Positions 1 through 8,322 of a DNA stretch of 64,000 bases are shown one piece after another. A program made the position numbers and the translations under genes. This stretch comes from Gammaproteobacteria bacterium. GTDB taxonomy: Bacteria > Pseudomonadota > Gammaproteobacteria > Steroidobacterales > GCA-2729495. Each line of letters starts with the position of its first letter. Within the stretch, counting starts at the first letter, position 1. Where the stretch lies: NCBI GenBank assembly GCA_027293165.1, contig JAPUGB010000013.1, forward strand, positions 2,604-66,603, written 5' to 3'. Below the pieces are notes generated by a model that saw nothing but the letters and a program-made list of their open reading frames with translations, did not search any database and had not been told where the DNA came from.

Positions 1-206
1 ACCAAAGCCCGGAGGATCGCCGGATGCGCGTAGCCCAGTCCGGCCACGGCATGACCGCCATAAAGGTCGAGAATCTGACGGTCGCGGCACTGGATATGTA
101 CGCCGGCCGCTGAAACCGGCTCGATACCCAATTGTGCATAGACTTGCACGAGGTGCCGTGCCTCTGCAGCGCGAGCGTGTTCCGGAACTGCGATTTGCGT
201 ATTCAT
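1..206 (-). CDS. argD: Class-III aminotransferase, acetylornithine aminotransferase-like (N-terminal fragment, gene runs off left edge)
   Basis: Reverse translation from ATG at 206 gives MNTQIAVPEHARAAEARHLVQVYAQLGIEPVSAAGVHIQCRDRQILDLYGGHAVAGLGYAHPAILRAL. The DLYGGHAV..LGYAHP block is typical of the ArgD/AstC N-terminus. ATGA stop/start overlap with argC at 203-206. Confidence 0.6.
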   Translation of the reverse strand, partial: MNTQIAVPEHARAAEARHLVQVYAQLGIEPVSAAGVHIQCRDRQILDLYGGHAVAGLGYAHPAILRAL

Positions 207-1258
207 ATCCAGGCCGGTCCAAGCACGTTGAGTCCGGCATATTCATCGAACCCCAGTTGCCGATTCATCCATTGCATCGCGCCGCCGGCAGCTCCCTTGA
301 CCAGATTATCGATAACGGACAAAAGCACCAGCGAGTTTCCGTCGACTGCTACGCCCAAATGGCAATAGTTACTGCCGACGACATCTTTCAGATGTGGTGT
401 GCCGTCTACCACTTGCACGAACCGGTGATCCGCGTAGAAATCCCGCAGCGCCTGTCTAAGCTCTGTTTCAGACACGGGGCTTGTAAGCTGTGCCTGCAAA
501 GTCATGTGGATGCCCCGCGCGAACGGGCCGGAATGCGGAACAAAGCGCAGCACCAGTTCGATGTCCGTTAGCGACCGGCAAACCGCAGCGACTTCCGGCG
601 CATGTCGATGAGTCAACGGTTTGTACGCAAACAGGTTTGCGTGCCGCAACGGATGATGGGTGTTTGGTGCTGGTTTGCGGCCGGAGCCTGTGCTCCCCGT
701 GATGCCAACTGCGTATATCTCGGGCCCGACGAGCTTGAGAGTCAGCAGCGGAACCGCCGCCAGCAATATTGCCGTCGCGAAACAACCCGGGTGCCCGATA
801 TACGCCGATGGTGTTGCTGAAAGATGTTCGGGAACGCCGCAGGTGAACCGATCCAGCAGATCCGGCGCCCCGTGTGGCCGTCCATAGACCGCCTCGTATT
901 CGGGCGCCGTCGCATAACGAAAATCCGCGGAGGTGTCCACAATGGCTAATTCGGCACTGCGTTCGGCTCCTGCGGCGATGGTGTCCGCAACCAATGCAGC
1001 GCTGGCACCGTGGGGTGCCGCGGAAAATACGGCGACCTTGCCAGAAAGGTGTTCTGTCAGCCGTTCCCGCGGAACGAAGGTCTGGTCCCCAAAACTGTCA
1101 TGCAGGTTCGGGAAAACCGTCCGAATCGGCACACCGGCCTGGCTTTCTGAAACGGCTGCTGACAGGTACAACTGCGGGTGCTGAATAATCAGTCGCAGCA
1201 ATTCGCCGGCAACGTAGCCGGTACCACCGAGAATAACCGCTGGAATCGAATCGTTCAT
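203..1258 (-). CDS. argC: N-acetyl-gamma-glutamyl-phosphate reductase
   Basis: 351-aa ORF. N-terminal GGTGYVAGELLRL Rossmann motif, active-site HPGCFATA (compare GCYPTA), THRHAPE and NLVKGAAG blocks all align with ArgC. Confidence 0.85.
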   Translation of the reverse strand: MNDSIPAVILGGTGYVAGELLRLIIQHPQLYLSAAVSESQAGVPIRTVFPNLHDSFGDQTFVPRERLTEHLSGKVAVFSAAPHGASAALVADTIAAGAERSAELAIVDTSADFRYATAPEYEAVYGRPHGAPDLLDRFTCGVPEHLSATPSAYIGHPGCFATAILLAAVPLLTLKLVGPEIYAVGITGSTGSGRKPAPNTHHPLRHANLFAYKPLTHRHAPEVAAVCRSLTDIELVLRFVPHSGPFARGIHMTLQAQLTSPVSETELRQALRDFYADHRFVQVVDGTPHLKDVVGSNYCHLGVAVDGNSLVLLSVIDNLVKGAAGGAMQWMNRQLGFDEYAGLNVLGPAWI

Positions 1259-2310
1259 GCTGTTTTCAGCCCGAGCACCGTCTGCACGGCGTCCCCAAAG
1301 GCCACGCCATCGGTCAAGGCGTTAATAGCCTGTATGCCGAGGCGCTCCTGAATAAGGTCTTTGCCGACTCGGTTATCAGTGGCCGGCCCGGTCACAAGGT
1401 CGGGTGTGAGCCCGAATTCCTCATCGAGTAGTTTGACGCCACCCCATGCAGCCACGGGATCGTTGGCGCACAGAACCAGGCAGGACAAAGACTGCCGAAT
1501 CTCAGGATCCTTTAGGATCTCTTCCACGCCGTAGGCTCCGAGTACGCCATCACCTAATTCGAACACGACGGCATCCGGACGATTGGCGCACAGCCGCGAC
1601 AACATCGCGCGCGTCACGGGCGGACCGTTATCCGCGGTCGTGCTGACGACGCCGAAATCCGTGAATATGAGTGTATTTCGCGCTCCGGCATCTTCCATCG
1701 CCAGAACATCGCGACGGAGTGAAACGCCGGTCGCTTTGAACGCATCGATCGTAAACCCCTGGTGGCGCAGCCGGCTGACGGCTGCGCATGCGGCAGCGGT
1801 TTTGCCCGAGTTCATGCAGGTGCCGACCAGCGCAACCACCGGGACTCCATGGGTATCGAGTGGCGGGTTTTCCTGCAGAGCCTCGGCGCCGACGCGGGCG
1901 GGTACACCGATACGCTCGCCAAGATAAGGAAAATCCAGCACGGCACCGAGCACCCGTGCATCGAAGGGAGGGCCGAAGGATGCGTTAACGGAATCGCAAA
2001 CACCGAGAACGCCACCTATGTTCAATAGCTGCAGCGTATCGCCGGGTGAGAGGCTTTCGGGAAGATGACCCGAGTAACCGAACAGCGCCTTTCGGTGGCC
2101 AAGTGCTCCGACGATGATGTCGCCCCGCTTAACTTGCGCCATGCGGCCGCTGATGAGTTCAAGTGTGTTGTAGCTTGCCTTATTGTTCAGCACTTCAGCG
2201 GCTATCAAAACACCTTCTTCACAAGGGATATCGGCACTGACTCGAATTTCACGGGTGATGTTTTGGTGCTGTGCAACGGAGGCAAGCTTGTCAGCTATGA
2301 TGGTCTTCAT
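1255..2310 (-). CDS. Uncharacterised P-loop protein embedded in the arginine operon (BioD/CobQ/DUF1611-like Walker A GTCMNSGKT)
   Basis: 351-aa ORF with ATGA overlaps to argG (2307-2310) and argC (1255-1258). Normal amino-acid composition. Walker-A-like GTCMNSGKT near residue 165. It matches no canonical Arg enzyme I recognise. Confidence 0.7.
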   Translation of the reverse strand: MKTIIADKLASVAQHQNITREIRVSADIPCEEGVLIAAEVLNNKASYNTLELISGRMAQVKRGDIIVGALGHRKALFGYSGHLPESLSPGDTLQLLNIGGVLGVCDSVNASFGPPFDARVLGAVLDFPYLGERIGVPARVGAEALQENPPLDTHGVPVVALVGTCMNSGKTAAACAAVSRLRHQGFTIDAFKATGVSLRRDVLAMEDAGARNTLIFTDFGVVSTTADNGPPVTRAMLSRLCANRPDAVVFELGDGVLGAYGVEEILKDPEIRQSLSCLVLCANDPVAAWGGVKLLDEEFGLTPDLVTGPATDNRVGKDLIQERLGIQAINALTDGVAFGDAVQTVLGLKTA

Positions 2311-3539
2311 TGTTCTGACCCGGCTGCGGCCCGATTTTGCAGAATGCCTGGTAGCGACAGGATGCGTGAGTACCCAAGCGCGTCAGCCGCCGTCCATTCG
2401 CCGGCGGTTTCACCGTAAACGCCGCGCGTTGCGGCGAGCAAAGAATAGGGTGACGTCACCCCTTCGATAAACAGGCAACCAGGGCGAAACAGAAGTTTCA
2501 CGCTGCCGCTGACCCGCTGCTGGGACGACTCCAGCAGGTTCTCAATATCCCGGCAAACCGGATCGAGTTGTTTGCCCTCATGCACGAGATCGCCGTAGAC
2601 GGCAGCGACCGTGTCCTTTACCCGTTGCTGCAGCGCGCTCAGCGTCAATTTCTCCAGTTCCCGATGCGCGGTTAGCAGTACTTCTGCGGCCGGAGCCTCG
2701 TAGGCAACGCGGCCCTTGGTTCCGAGGACCGTATCGCCGAGGTGCAAACCGCGACCAATGCCAAATGCGCTCGCGGCTTTTTCGACAGCCTCAATGAGCT
2801 CCACCGGAGCCAGGTGCTGTCCATCAAAAGCCACCGGCACGCCTTTTGCGAATTCAATGCGGTGCCGTTCCGGATCGGTTGGCGATTTGAACGCGTCCGC
2901 GGACAATACCCAGGCGGATTCTGGAATGCTTTCGACGGAATCCAGCGTTTCTTTGCCGCCGATGGTGACGCCCCATAATCCCCGGTTTATCGAATAGTCG
3001 GAACCGTAGGGTGGAATCGGCAGTCCGTGCTTTTCAAGGTATTCCAATTGCGCAGTGCGCACGAAGCCTTGATCCCGAATCGGCGCCAGCACTTCGAGCT
3101 CAGGGTTGCTGGTTTTCAGTGCGACCTCGAAGCGAACCTGGTCGTTGCCTGCGGCGGTGCACCCATGTGCCACCGTTGTGGATGCACGGGCTTGCGCCAA
3201 TTCCGCCAGCAGTGTCGCCTGAACGCCCCGCTCGGCACCCACGCAAAGCGGATAAGCTTGGCCACGCCGAACATTGCCCGCGATCAGATACTTCAGAACG
3301 CGGTCGAAGAACACCTGGCGCGCCTCAATCAGAACATGCTCAGCTGCACCCAGAGCCATAGCGCGTTCTTCCAGATCCTGCGCCATCGCAGCGTCCAGGC
3401 CACCCGTATTTACCGTAACGGTTACCACCGGGCGTTGGTAGGTTTCCTTCAGCCACGGGACACAGAACGACGTGTCCAGACCTCCCGAATAGGCCAGGAC
3501 AATGGGAGATTCGTCTTGCATGGTGTTTGTCATCATCAT
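2307..3539 (-). CDS. argG: Argininosuccinate synthase
   Basis: 410-aa ORF with the N-terminal AYSGGLDTS ATP-pyrophosphatase motif and full-length ArgG-like sequence. Confidence 0.95.
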   Translation of the reverse strand: MMMTNTMQDESPIVLAYSGGLDTSFCVPWLKETYQRPVVTVTVNTGGLDAAMAQDLEERAMALGAAEHVLIEARQVFFDRVLKYLIAGNVRRGQAYPLCVGAERGVQATLLAELAQARASTTVAHGCTAAGNDQVRFEVALKTSNPELEVLAPIRDQGFVRTAQLEYLEKHGLPIPPYGSDYSINRGLWGVTIGGKETLDSVESIPESAWVLSADAFKSPTDPERHRIEFAKGVPVAFDGQHLAPVELIEAVEKAASAFGIGRGLHLGDTVLGTKGRVAYEAPAAEVLLTAHRELEKLTLSALQQRVKDTVAAVYGDLVHEGKQLDPVCRDIENLLESSQQRVSGSVKLLFRPGCLFIEGVTSPYSLLAATRGVYGETAGEWTAADALGYSRILSLPGILQNRAAAGSEQ

Positions 3540-3623
3540 CGGTTATCGGGGCACTCGACCCCTACTGGAACAATCGTCGCCGGATCTATTTTGTCAGCCG
3601 CGGACAGTCGAGAGCCGCGCTGT

Positions 3624-4079
3624 CTATTCCGGGAAACTCGATCTGAGTCTGGTCCGCAATCGTCGTTGCGCCTGCCCGTTTCGCGTCGCTATGAAAATTG
3701 TATCGTCACCGGACAGCGTGCCCACGATTTCCGGCCACCCGCTTCGGTCCAGAAATACAGCGACCCGCTGAGCTGCGCCGATGGCCGTTTGGATGACCGT
3801 CAGATTAGGCCCAGCGGCCTGGATATCCCGGATAAAACCGGCAACTTGATCGCGGTCCGTCCGCGGTCCCGTATTGGCGTCCGTTTGCGGGTAATAGCCC
3901 TGACCAAGCTTGCTGATCCCCAGATGCTGGAGATCGCGGCTGACGCTGGACTGGGTCGCGTCTATGCCCTCGTTCTGCAGCAAGCCCACCAGTTCGGCCT
4001 GGCGCTGGACGGGTTGGCGCTGCAGGATCGCCAAGATGGCCTGCTGGCGCCGCTGGCGGGTTTCTAGAATCGCTGGCAT
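3624..4079 (-). CDS. argR: Arginine repressor
   Basis: 151-aa ORF. The N-terminal winged helix (RQQAILAILQRQPVQRQAELVGLLQNEGIDATQSSVSRDLQHLG) and C-terminal GDDTIFI oligomerisation/arginine-binding block are typical of ArgR/AhrC. Confidence 0.85.
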   Translation of the reverse strand: MPAILETRQRRQQAILAILQRQPVQRQAELVGLLQNEGIDATQSSVSRDLQHLGISKLGQGYYPQTDANTGPRTDRDQVAGFIRDIQAAGPNLTVIQTAIGAAQRVAVFLDRSGWPEIVGTLSGDDTIFIATRNGQAQRRLRTRLRSSFPE

Positions 4080-4120
4080 TGCATATATATGCGCATAACA
4101 TTAATCGTATGTGCATAATA
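4080..4120. promoter_or_regulatory. Putative ARG-box operator array directly upstream of argR
   Basis: Sequence is TGCATATATATGCGCATAACATTAATCGTATGTGCATAATA. TGCATATATATGCG is a near-palindrome of the TGAAT-W4-ATTCA ARG-box type. Two 10-bp palindromes, TATGCGCATA (4088) and TATGTGCATA (4108), lie exactly 20 bp apart. The region is AT-rich and abuts the argR start codon at 4079. Confidence 0.45.
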
Positions 4121-4166
4121 CCTTTTCCCCGCCCGTTGTCAAGCGATCCTGTCAGCGGCTGACGCA

Positions 4167-4940
4167 TCAGCCGACGGGGCCGATCGTGAATGACTCCGTC
4201 GATTCACCACTGACCCGGCCAGCCGCATCGTAGCGGCGTTCCATGAAGCGGCAGTGTCCAAGCCCGTCCACAATAATGATGGTGGCAGCGCGGGTGCCAT
4301 AGTGTTCACCGAGTACGAACGGTGTCGTCTGCATTTTTGTCAACGGGTCGGCGAAAGGACCCGGTGATTGCGGCCTGCGCGTTTCCAACAGTTCGAGAAC
4401 GGCCACTTCGCTGACGCGGTCGTGCTCCAGCAGTTCCGCGATACCCGACTTCAGATACGCAATCTTTGGCCAGTCGGTGCCGTAGCTGGCGTTGCTCAGA
4501 CCGAAACATCCGGGTTCCAGTGCCCGACAAACGACCGTGCCGGGTTGATCTTCGTGCGCGACATAGCGCATTTGATCAAGGTCGCCGATGACGAGACCAA
4601 ATCCCGCATATTCGGTAGCCTCACGCGCAAGCGCCGCAGCGTAAGCATCGACGGGTACCTCGCTGGTCAAAAAATCGGTTACCAGAGCACCTCGCGATGC
4701 CCGCGCGTTCCCCACTGGCTCCAATCCAGGCTGGTTTGTTACCACCGCTATTCGTCCGGAGCGGCTGATACCCAGCCAGCTGCCGGCGGCACGAAGATCT
4801 CTGCCGCCCAACACGGCGGGCGCATCGGACCACCACTCGGCAGGCGCTGCAGGCCGGTCATGAAACTCATCCCGATTTCCGGCGAACACCAGTCGGTAGT
4901 CCGGATGGGCACCCCAAGCGATAGTCAGCAGACACATGTG
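4167..4940 (-). CDS. NRDE family protein (DUF833/TANGO2-like)
   Basis: The ORF contains MCLLTIAW (typical Met-Cys N-terminus) and the GNRDEF motif. I placed the start at the internal MCL (4940) rather than the 5045 extension, which would overlap nudC. Confidence 0.75.
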   Translation of the reverse strand, partial: HMCLLTIAWGAHPDYRLVFAGNRDEFHDRPAAPAEWWSDAPAVLGGRDLRAAGSWLGISRSGRIAVVTNQPGLEPVGNARASRGALVTDFLTSEVPVDAYAAALAREATEYAGFGLVIGDLDQMRYVAHEDQPGTVVCRALEPGCFGLSNASYGTDWPKIAYLKSGIAELLEHDRVSEVAVLELLETRRPQSPGPFADPLTKMQTTPFVLGEHYGTRAATIIIVDGLGHCRFMERRYDAAGRVSGESTESFTIGPVG

Positions 4941-5004
4941 ACGATTATAGAGAGCGCTTGCCGCACGAACCCGGCAACGGTCGGTATACAGGCATCGGGC
5001 CCGC

Positions 5005-5970
5005 CTAGCGCCTGCGCCAGCTCGATGCGGCTGGCACCAGCGCATCCAGCGGCTGGTCGCTGCCTGAATCGAACCAGGCCTCGATCAATCGATAGGCAAC
5101 AGATGCCGATGGCGGCAGCATCACCTCGCGTTCGACGATCTGCTCGCGCGAAATCCAGCGGGCTTCAGCGAGTTCGGCATCGTTGAGGCGGATCGACTGA
5201 GAGCCGGCTTCGGCATGAAAGCCAATCATCAGCGCGGATGGAAACGGCCATGGCTGCGACGCCAGATATCGGCAGTCCCCGACTGCGATATTGGTTTCCT
5301 CGGCAACCTCACGGCGCACGGCGTCTTCGAGACTCTCACCCGGTTCGACAAAGCCCGCGATCGTGGAAAACTGCCCTTCGGGCCAGCTGGGCTGACGACC
5401 CAAAAGGCAGAGCGCCCGGTCGATTACGAGCACGATGATCGCCGGGTCTAGCCGCGGAAACGACCTTTGGGCGCAATTTACATCGCCGCACTGCATGACA
5501 AACCCGCCCTCGATTGCCTGGTTGCGCGTGCCGCAGATGCTGCAGTACGCGTGGCTTTGCTGCCAGTTCACCATAGCCCGGGCGTAGGCCAGCAGTCCGG
5601 CATCGGTCTCGTCGACCTGGCCGATTAATTTCCGTACTTCGATGAATTCCGCCTGCGCTGTTCCAGCAGGGTCAGCGTGGTCCGGCAGTGCCAAAGCAAA
5701 AATAAATCGCTCATCAAGCCTGCCGAGAAAGATGACATCGTCGGGGCCATCGGTATATGCGCTCAGTTCGCTTTTCCCGAGCAACACCGCACGCTGTTCG
5801 GCTACCAGGCAGCGGGACTGCCACACGGGCAGAAAACGGGTGTCCGGATGGCGGTACGCCCTGTACAGATCGTCCGAATCTGCTCTCAACTTGCTGGATC
5901 GCTGAATCGGGCTTCCGGAAAAAAAGGTTCGGATTGTTTTCACCTTTGATCCGCGGTTTGTTGGGACCAT
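5005..5970 (-). CDS. nudC: NADH pyrophosphatase (Nudix hydrolase NudC)
   Basis: Zinc ribbon CSICGTRNQ...CGDVNC followed by Nudix box GFVEPGESLEDAVRREVAEETNI and SQPWPFPSALMIGF, as in NudC. The exact start is uncertain. Confidence 0.85.
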   Translation of the reverse strand: MVPTNRGSKVKTIRTFFSGSPIQRSSKLRADSDDLYRAYRHPDTRFLPVWQSRCLVAEQRAVLLGKSELSAYTDGPDDVIFLGRLDERFIFALALPDHADPAGTAQAEFIEVRKLIGQVDETDAGLLAYARAMVNWQQSHAYCSICGTRNQAIEGGFVMQCGDVNCAQRSFPRLDPAIIVLVIDRALCLLGRQPSWPEGQFSTIAGFVEPGESLEDAVRREVAEETNIAVGDCRYLASQPWPFPSALMIGFHAEAGSQSIRLNDAELAEARWISREQIVEREVMLPPSASVAYRLIEAWFDSGSDQPLDALVPAASSWRRR

Positions 5971-5984
5971 CTAATGCGTTCAGC

Positions 5985-6548
5985 CTACACCTGTGCAGGA
6001 CGATCCTTCAATTCGCAGAACGGGCAGCGCTGATAATCGAGCGCGTAAGCATCCTGCACATAAGGACCTTCGCAAATCCCACAGCGCGCGAAATACAGTT
6101 CCTTTGCGACGGCCAGTGCACGGTACAGTCCCCAAACGCGTTCGAACGAAAACTGCGGCTCCGGTTGTAGCGCCCGGTAGACCTCGAATGCGTCGCAGAC
6201 GCGCTGGCCGAGGGACACTGAACTGACACCCACGGATTTCACCGGGCCGCGAGCTGCGAGGTCTATCGCGCCCGTGTAAAGCAACAGACAGGCGATGAGC
6301 GTTGCCTCCGACTGCCGACGCGAGGAACTGACGAAACCGGTTATCTGTGTCGGCGACTTCCCGCGTTTTCGGCGGACGGTAATCCCAGGCCGGAGCTTGA
6401 AATAGGTCGAGTAAATTTTTCGGATACGGTCTTCGGTAAAACCTGTGCAGGCCCGGATTGTCCCTGTCCGGGCCTCGTGTCCAATCATGCGGATCGCAAG
6501 GTCGAACTTCGCCAGTTCGCCGGCATAGCGGTCATCTGTTACACGCAC
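5985..6548 (-). CDS. FlhC-like transcriptional activator family protein
   Basis: 187-aa ORF. The N-terminal block AGELAKFDLAIRMIGHEARTGTIRACTGFTEDRIRKIYSTY parallels the FlhC N-terminus. The C-terminal CGIC-x15-CPFC four-Cys site is like the FlhC zinc site. Confidence 0.6.
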   Translation of the reverse strand: MRVTDDRYAGELAKFDLAIRMIGHEARTGTIRACTGFTEDRIRKIYSTYFKLRPGITVRRKRGKSPTQITGFVSSSRRQSEATLIACLLLYTGAIDLAARGPVKSVGVSSVSLGQRVCDAFEVYRALQPEPQFSFERVWGLYRALAVAKELYFARCGICEGPYVQDAYALDYQRCPFCELKDRPAQV

Positions 6549-6670
6549 CGTGATTCTCCAATATTTCTTGATTAATGGGTCTCAGAGGTGATTTCTAGGT
6601 ATAAAATACATTTTATGGGCCGTAAGACACATATATAGTATAATCCGAGTTCATCGACCGGAGTATCCCA

Positions 6671-7297
6671 ATGCAGCGAAAACCACCCGATTCACGCATC
6701 TACAGTGAGATCACCGAGCTAAATCGCGAATTTCTCCACCTACTGGCACATGTTGAGCAGGCAGGCCAGCAACAGATATTTGGTCTGGATCCGCTACTGG
6801 TGGAGCAGCTGGCCTCGTTCGGCGCGACGGAGCGCGAAGCGATAGCGTCTACTCCTTGCTTGCTGGCCGAGTTCCCGTGGTTGCCCGGGCCGGATTCAGT
6901 ACCGGCAATAACCGACGGAGCGCACCGCGATGATGGCGCGTCGGCAGCATGTCGCCGCGATATTGAGGTGTTTGCTGCCAGCCTGTTGACCTATATGTGG
7001 CAGTCAACCCACGGACACCCTCTGTTAACTAGGTTGTGCATTGGTCTGAACAGGGACGCATACAGGATGCTGTCCGAACTGAGTTTTTCGCGCATACGCC
7101 AACATGCCCAACATGCAGCCACACTGCTGCAAGCTCGGTTGTGTGGCCATCCGCGCTTCTGGCCGGATTTGCTTGGCTCGGTGTCGATCCCCGACCAGCA
7201 TCTGCGGGCGCTGTCGCGCCTGAGCATTGTGCCCCTGACCGTCGCCCAGAGCTGGCCCCGGACCACCGGGCGGACGGCCGCCTACCGTCGCTCTTAG
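6671..7297 (+). CDS. Hypothetical protein with FlhD-like N-terminal region (tentative)
   Basis: 208-aa ORF divergent from the FlhC-like gene. IYSEITELNREFLHLLAHVEQAGQQQIFGLDPLLVEQLASFGATEREAIASTPCLLAEF follows the helix pattern of the FlhD N-terminus (IYDINLSYLLLAQRL...FRLGI...LA...LVCHF). TATAAT at 6639-6644. Confidence 0.45.
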   Translation: MQRKPPDSRIYSEITELNREFLHLLAHVEQAGQQQIFGLDPLLVEQLASFGATEREAIASTPCLLAEFPWLPGPDSVPAITDGAHRDDGASAACRRDIEVFAASLLTYMWQSTHGHPLLTRLCIGLNRDAYRMLSELSFSRIRQHAQHAATLLQARLCGHPRFWPDLLGSVSIPDQHLRALSRLSIVPLTVAQSWPRTTGRTAAYRRS

Positions 7298-7354
7298 GAC
7301 AAGGCGCCGTTCGTTGTTTGGCTTGTGCGGGGTGACGGGGCAAAATGCGCCGTC

Positions 7355-8311
7355 ATGCATGCGCTATCGATCAAGGATTTGTGGAAGACCTATCCGAACG
7401 GGATTGAGGCCCTGAAGGGTATTGATCTGAAGGTCAAAGCAGGCGATTTCTTTGCCCTGCTCGGTCCGAACGGTGCTGGCAAAACCACGGCGATCGGTAT
7501 CGTGACATCTCTGGTCAACAAGACCTCGGGGGACGTGAAGGTCTTCGGGCACAGCATCGATAGCGAGCTCGAAGCCGCGAAAGCCTATATTGGCGTGGTC
7601 CCCCAGGAACTCAATCTCAACCAGTGGGACAAGGTGTTTAATTGTGTTGTCAATCAGGCCGGATTCTACGGCATACGGCGGCGTGAGGCGCGCCAACGCA
7701 CCGAGACGGTGCTGCGCGAACTGCAGCTATGGGATCGCCGAGGCGAGACGGCACGTAACCTTTCAGGCGGCATGAAGCGGCGGTTGATGATTGCCCGCGC
7801 CCTGGTACATGGGCCCAAGCTGCTGATACTGGACGAGCCGACGGCCGGCGTGGATATCGAGATTCGCCGATCCATGTGGGATTACCTGCGGACCATCAAC
7901 CGTAACGGGACGACAATAATTCTGACCACCCATTATCTTGAAGAAGCTGAAAACCTTTGCCGTCATGTTGCGATTATCGATGACGGTGTGATCGTAGAGG
8001 ACGATCGAATGTCGGCGGTGCTGCGAAAATTGCACCAGGAGGTGTTCGTCCTGAATCTTCGTCAAGCGGTCGACATTGCACCAAAAGTCAACGGATTCGA
8101 TGTGGCAAGGATTAACGACCACGAACTCGAGGTTGAAATACACAAGGACCAGGATCTCAATAGCCTTTTCAGTGCGTTGTCAACGGCCGGTGTCGAAGTC
8201 ATCAGCATGCGCAATAAGACCAATCGTCTCGAAGAACTGTTTGTGCGCTTGATTCAGCGCCGGGAAAATGAGCGCGACCAAGAGCAGGTCGTTGAGGAAT
8301 TTAACCTTTAG
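7355..8311 (+). CDS. ABC-2 type transporter ATP-binding protein (YadG-like)
   Basis: Walker A GPNGAGKTT, signature LSGGMKRR, Walker B LLILDEPT. Start placed at MHALSIKDLWKTY. Confidence 0.9.
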   Translation: MHALSIKDLWKTYPNGIEALKGIDLKVKAGDFFALLGPNGAGKTTAIGIVTSLVNKTSGDVKVFGHSIDSELEAAKAYIGVVPQELNLNQWDKVFNCVVNQAGFYGIRRREARQRTETVLRELQLWDRRGETARNLSGGMKRRLMIARALVHGPKLLILDEPTAGVDIEIRRSMWDYLRTINRNGTTIILTTHYLEEAENLCRHVAIIDDGVIVEDDRMSAVLRKLHQEVFVLNLRQAVDIAPKVNGFDVARINDHELEVEIHKDQDLNSLFSALSTAGVEVISMRNKTNRLEELFVRLIQRRENERDQEQVVEEFNL

Positions 8312-8322
8312 GGAATTTGCAG

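Noticed and set aside
3027-4067. 346-aa plus-strand ORF spanning argG and argR
   Set aside because: It lies antisense to two well-supported genes. It is rich in Arg, Ser and Pro with no recognisable motif, so it is a typical shadow ORF of GC-biased coding DNA.
4941-5045. N-terminal extension of the NRDE-family ORF
   Set aside because: The extension is Arg/Ala-rich and would overlap the nudC 3' end. NRDE proteins characteristically start Met-Cys-Leu, and that sequence is present at 4940.
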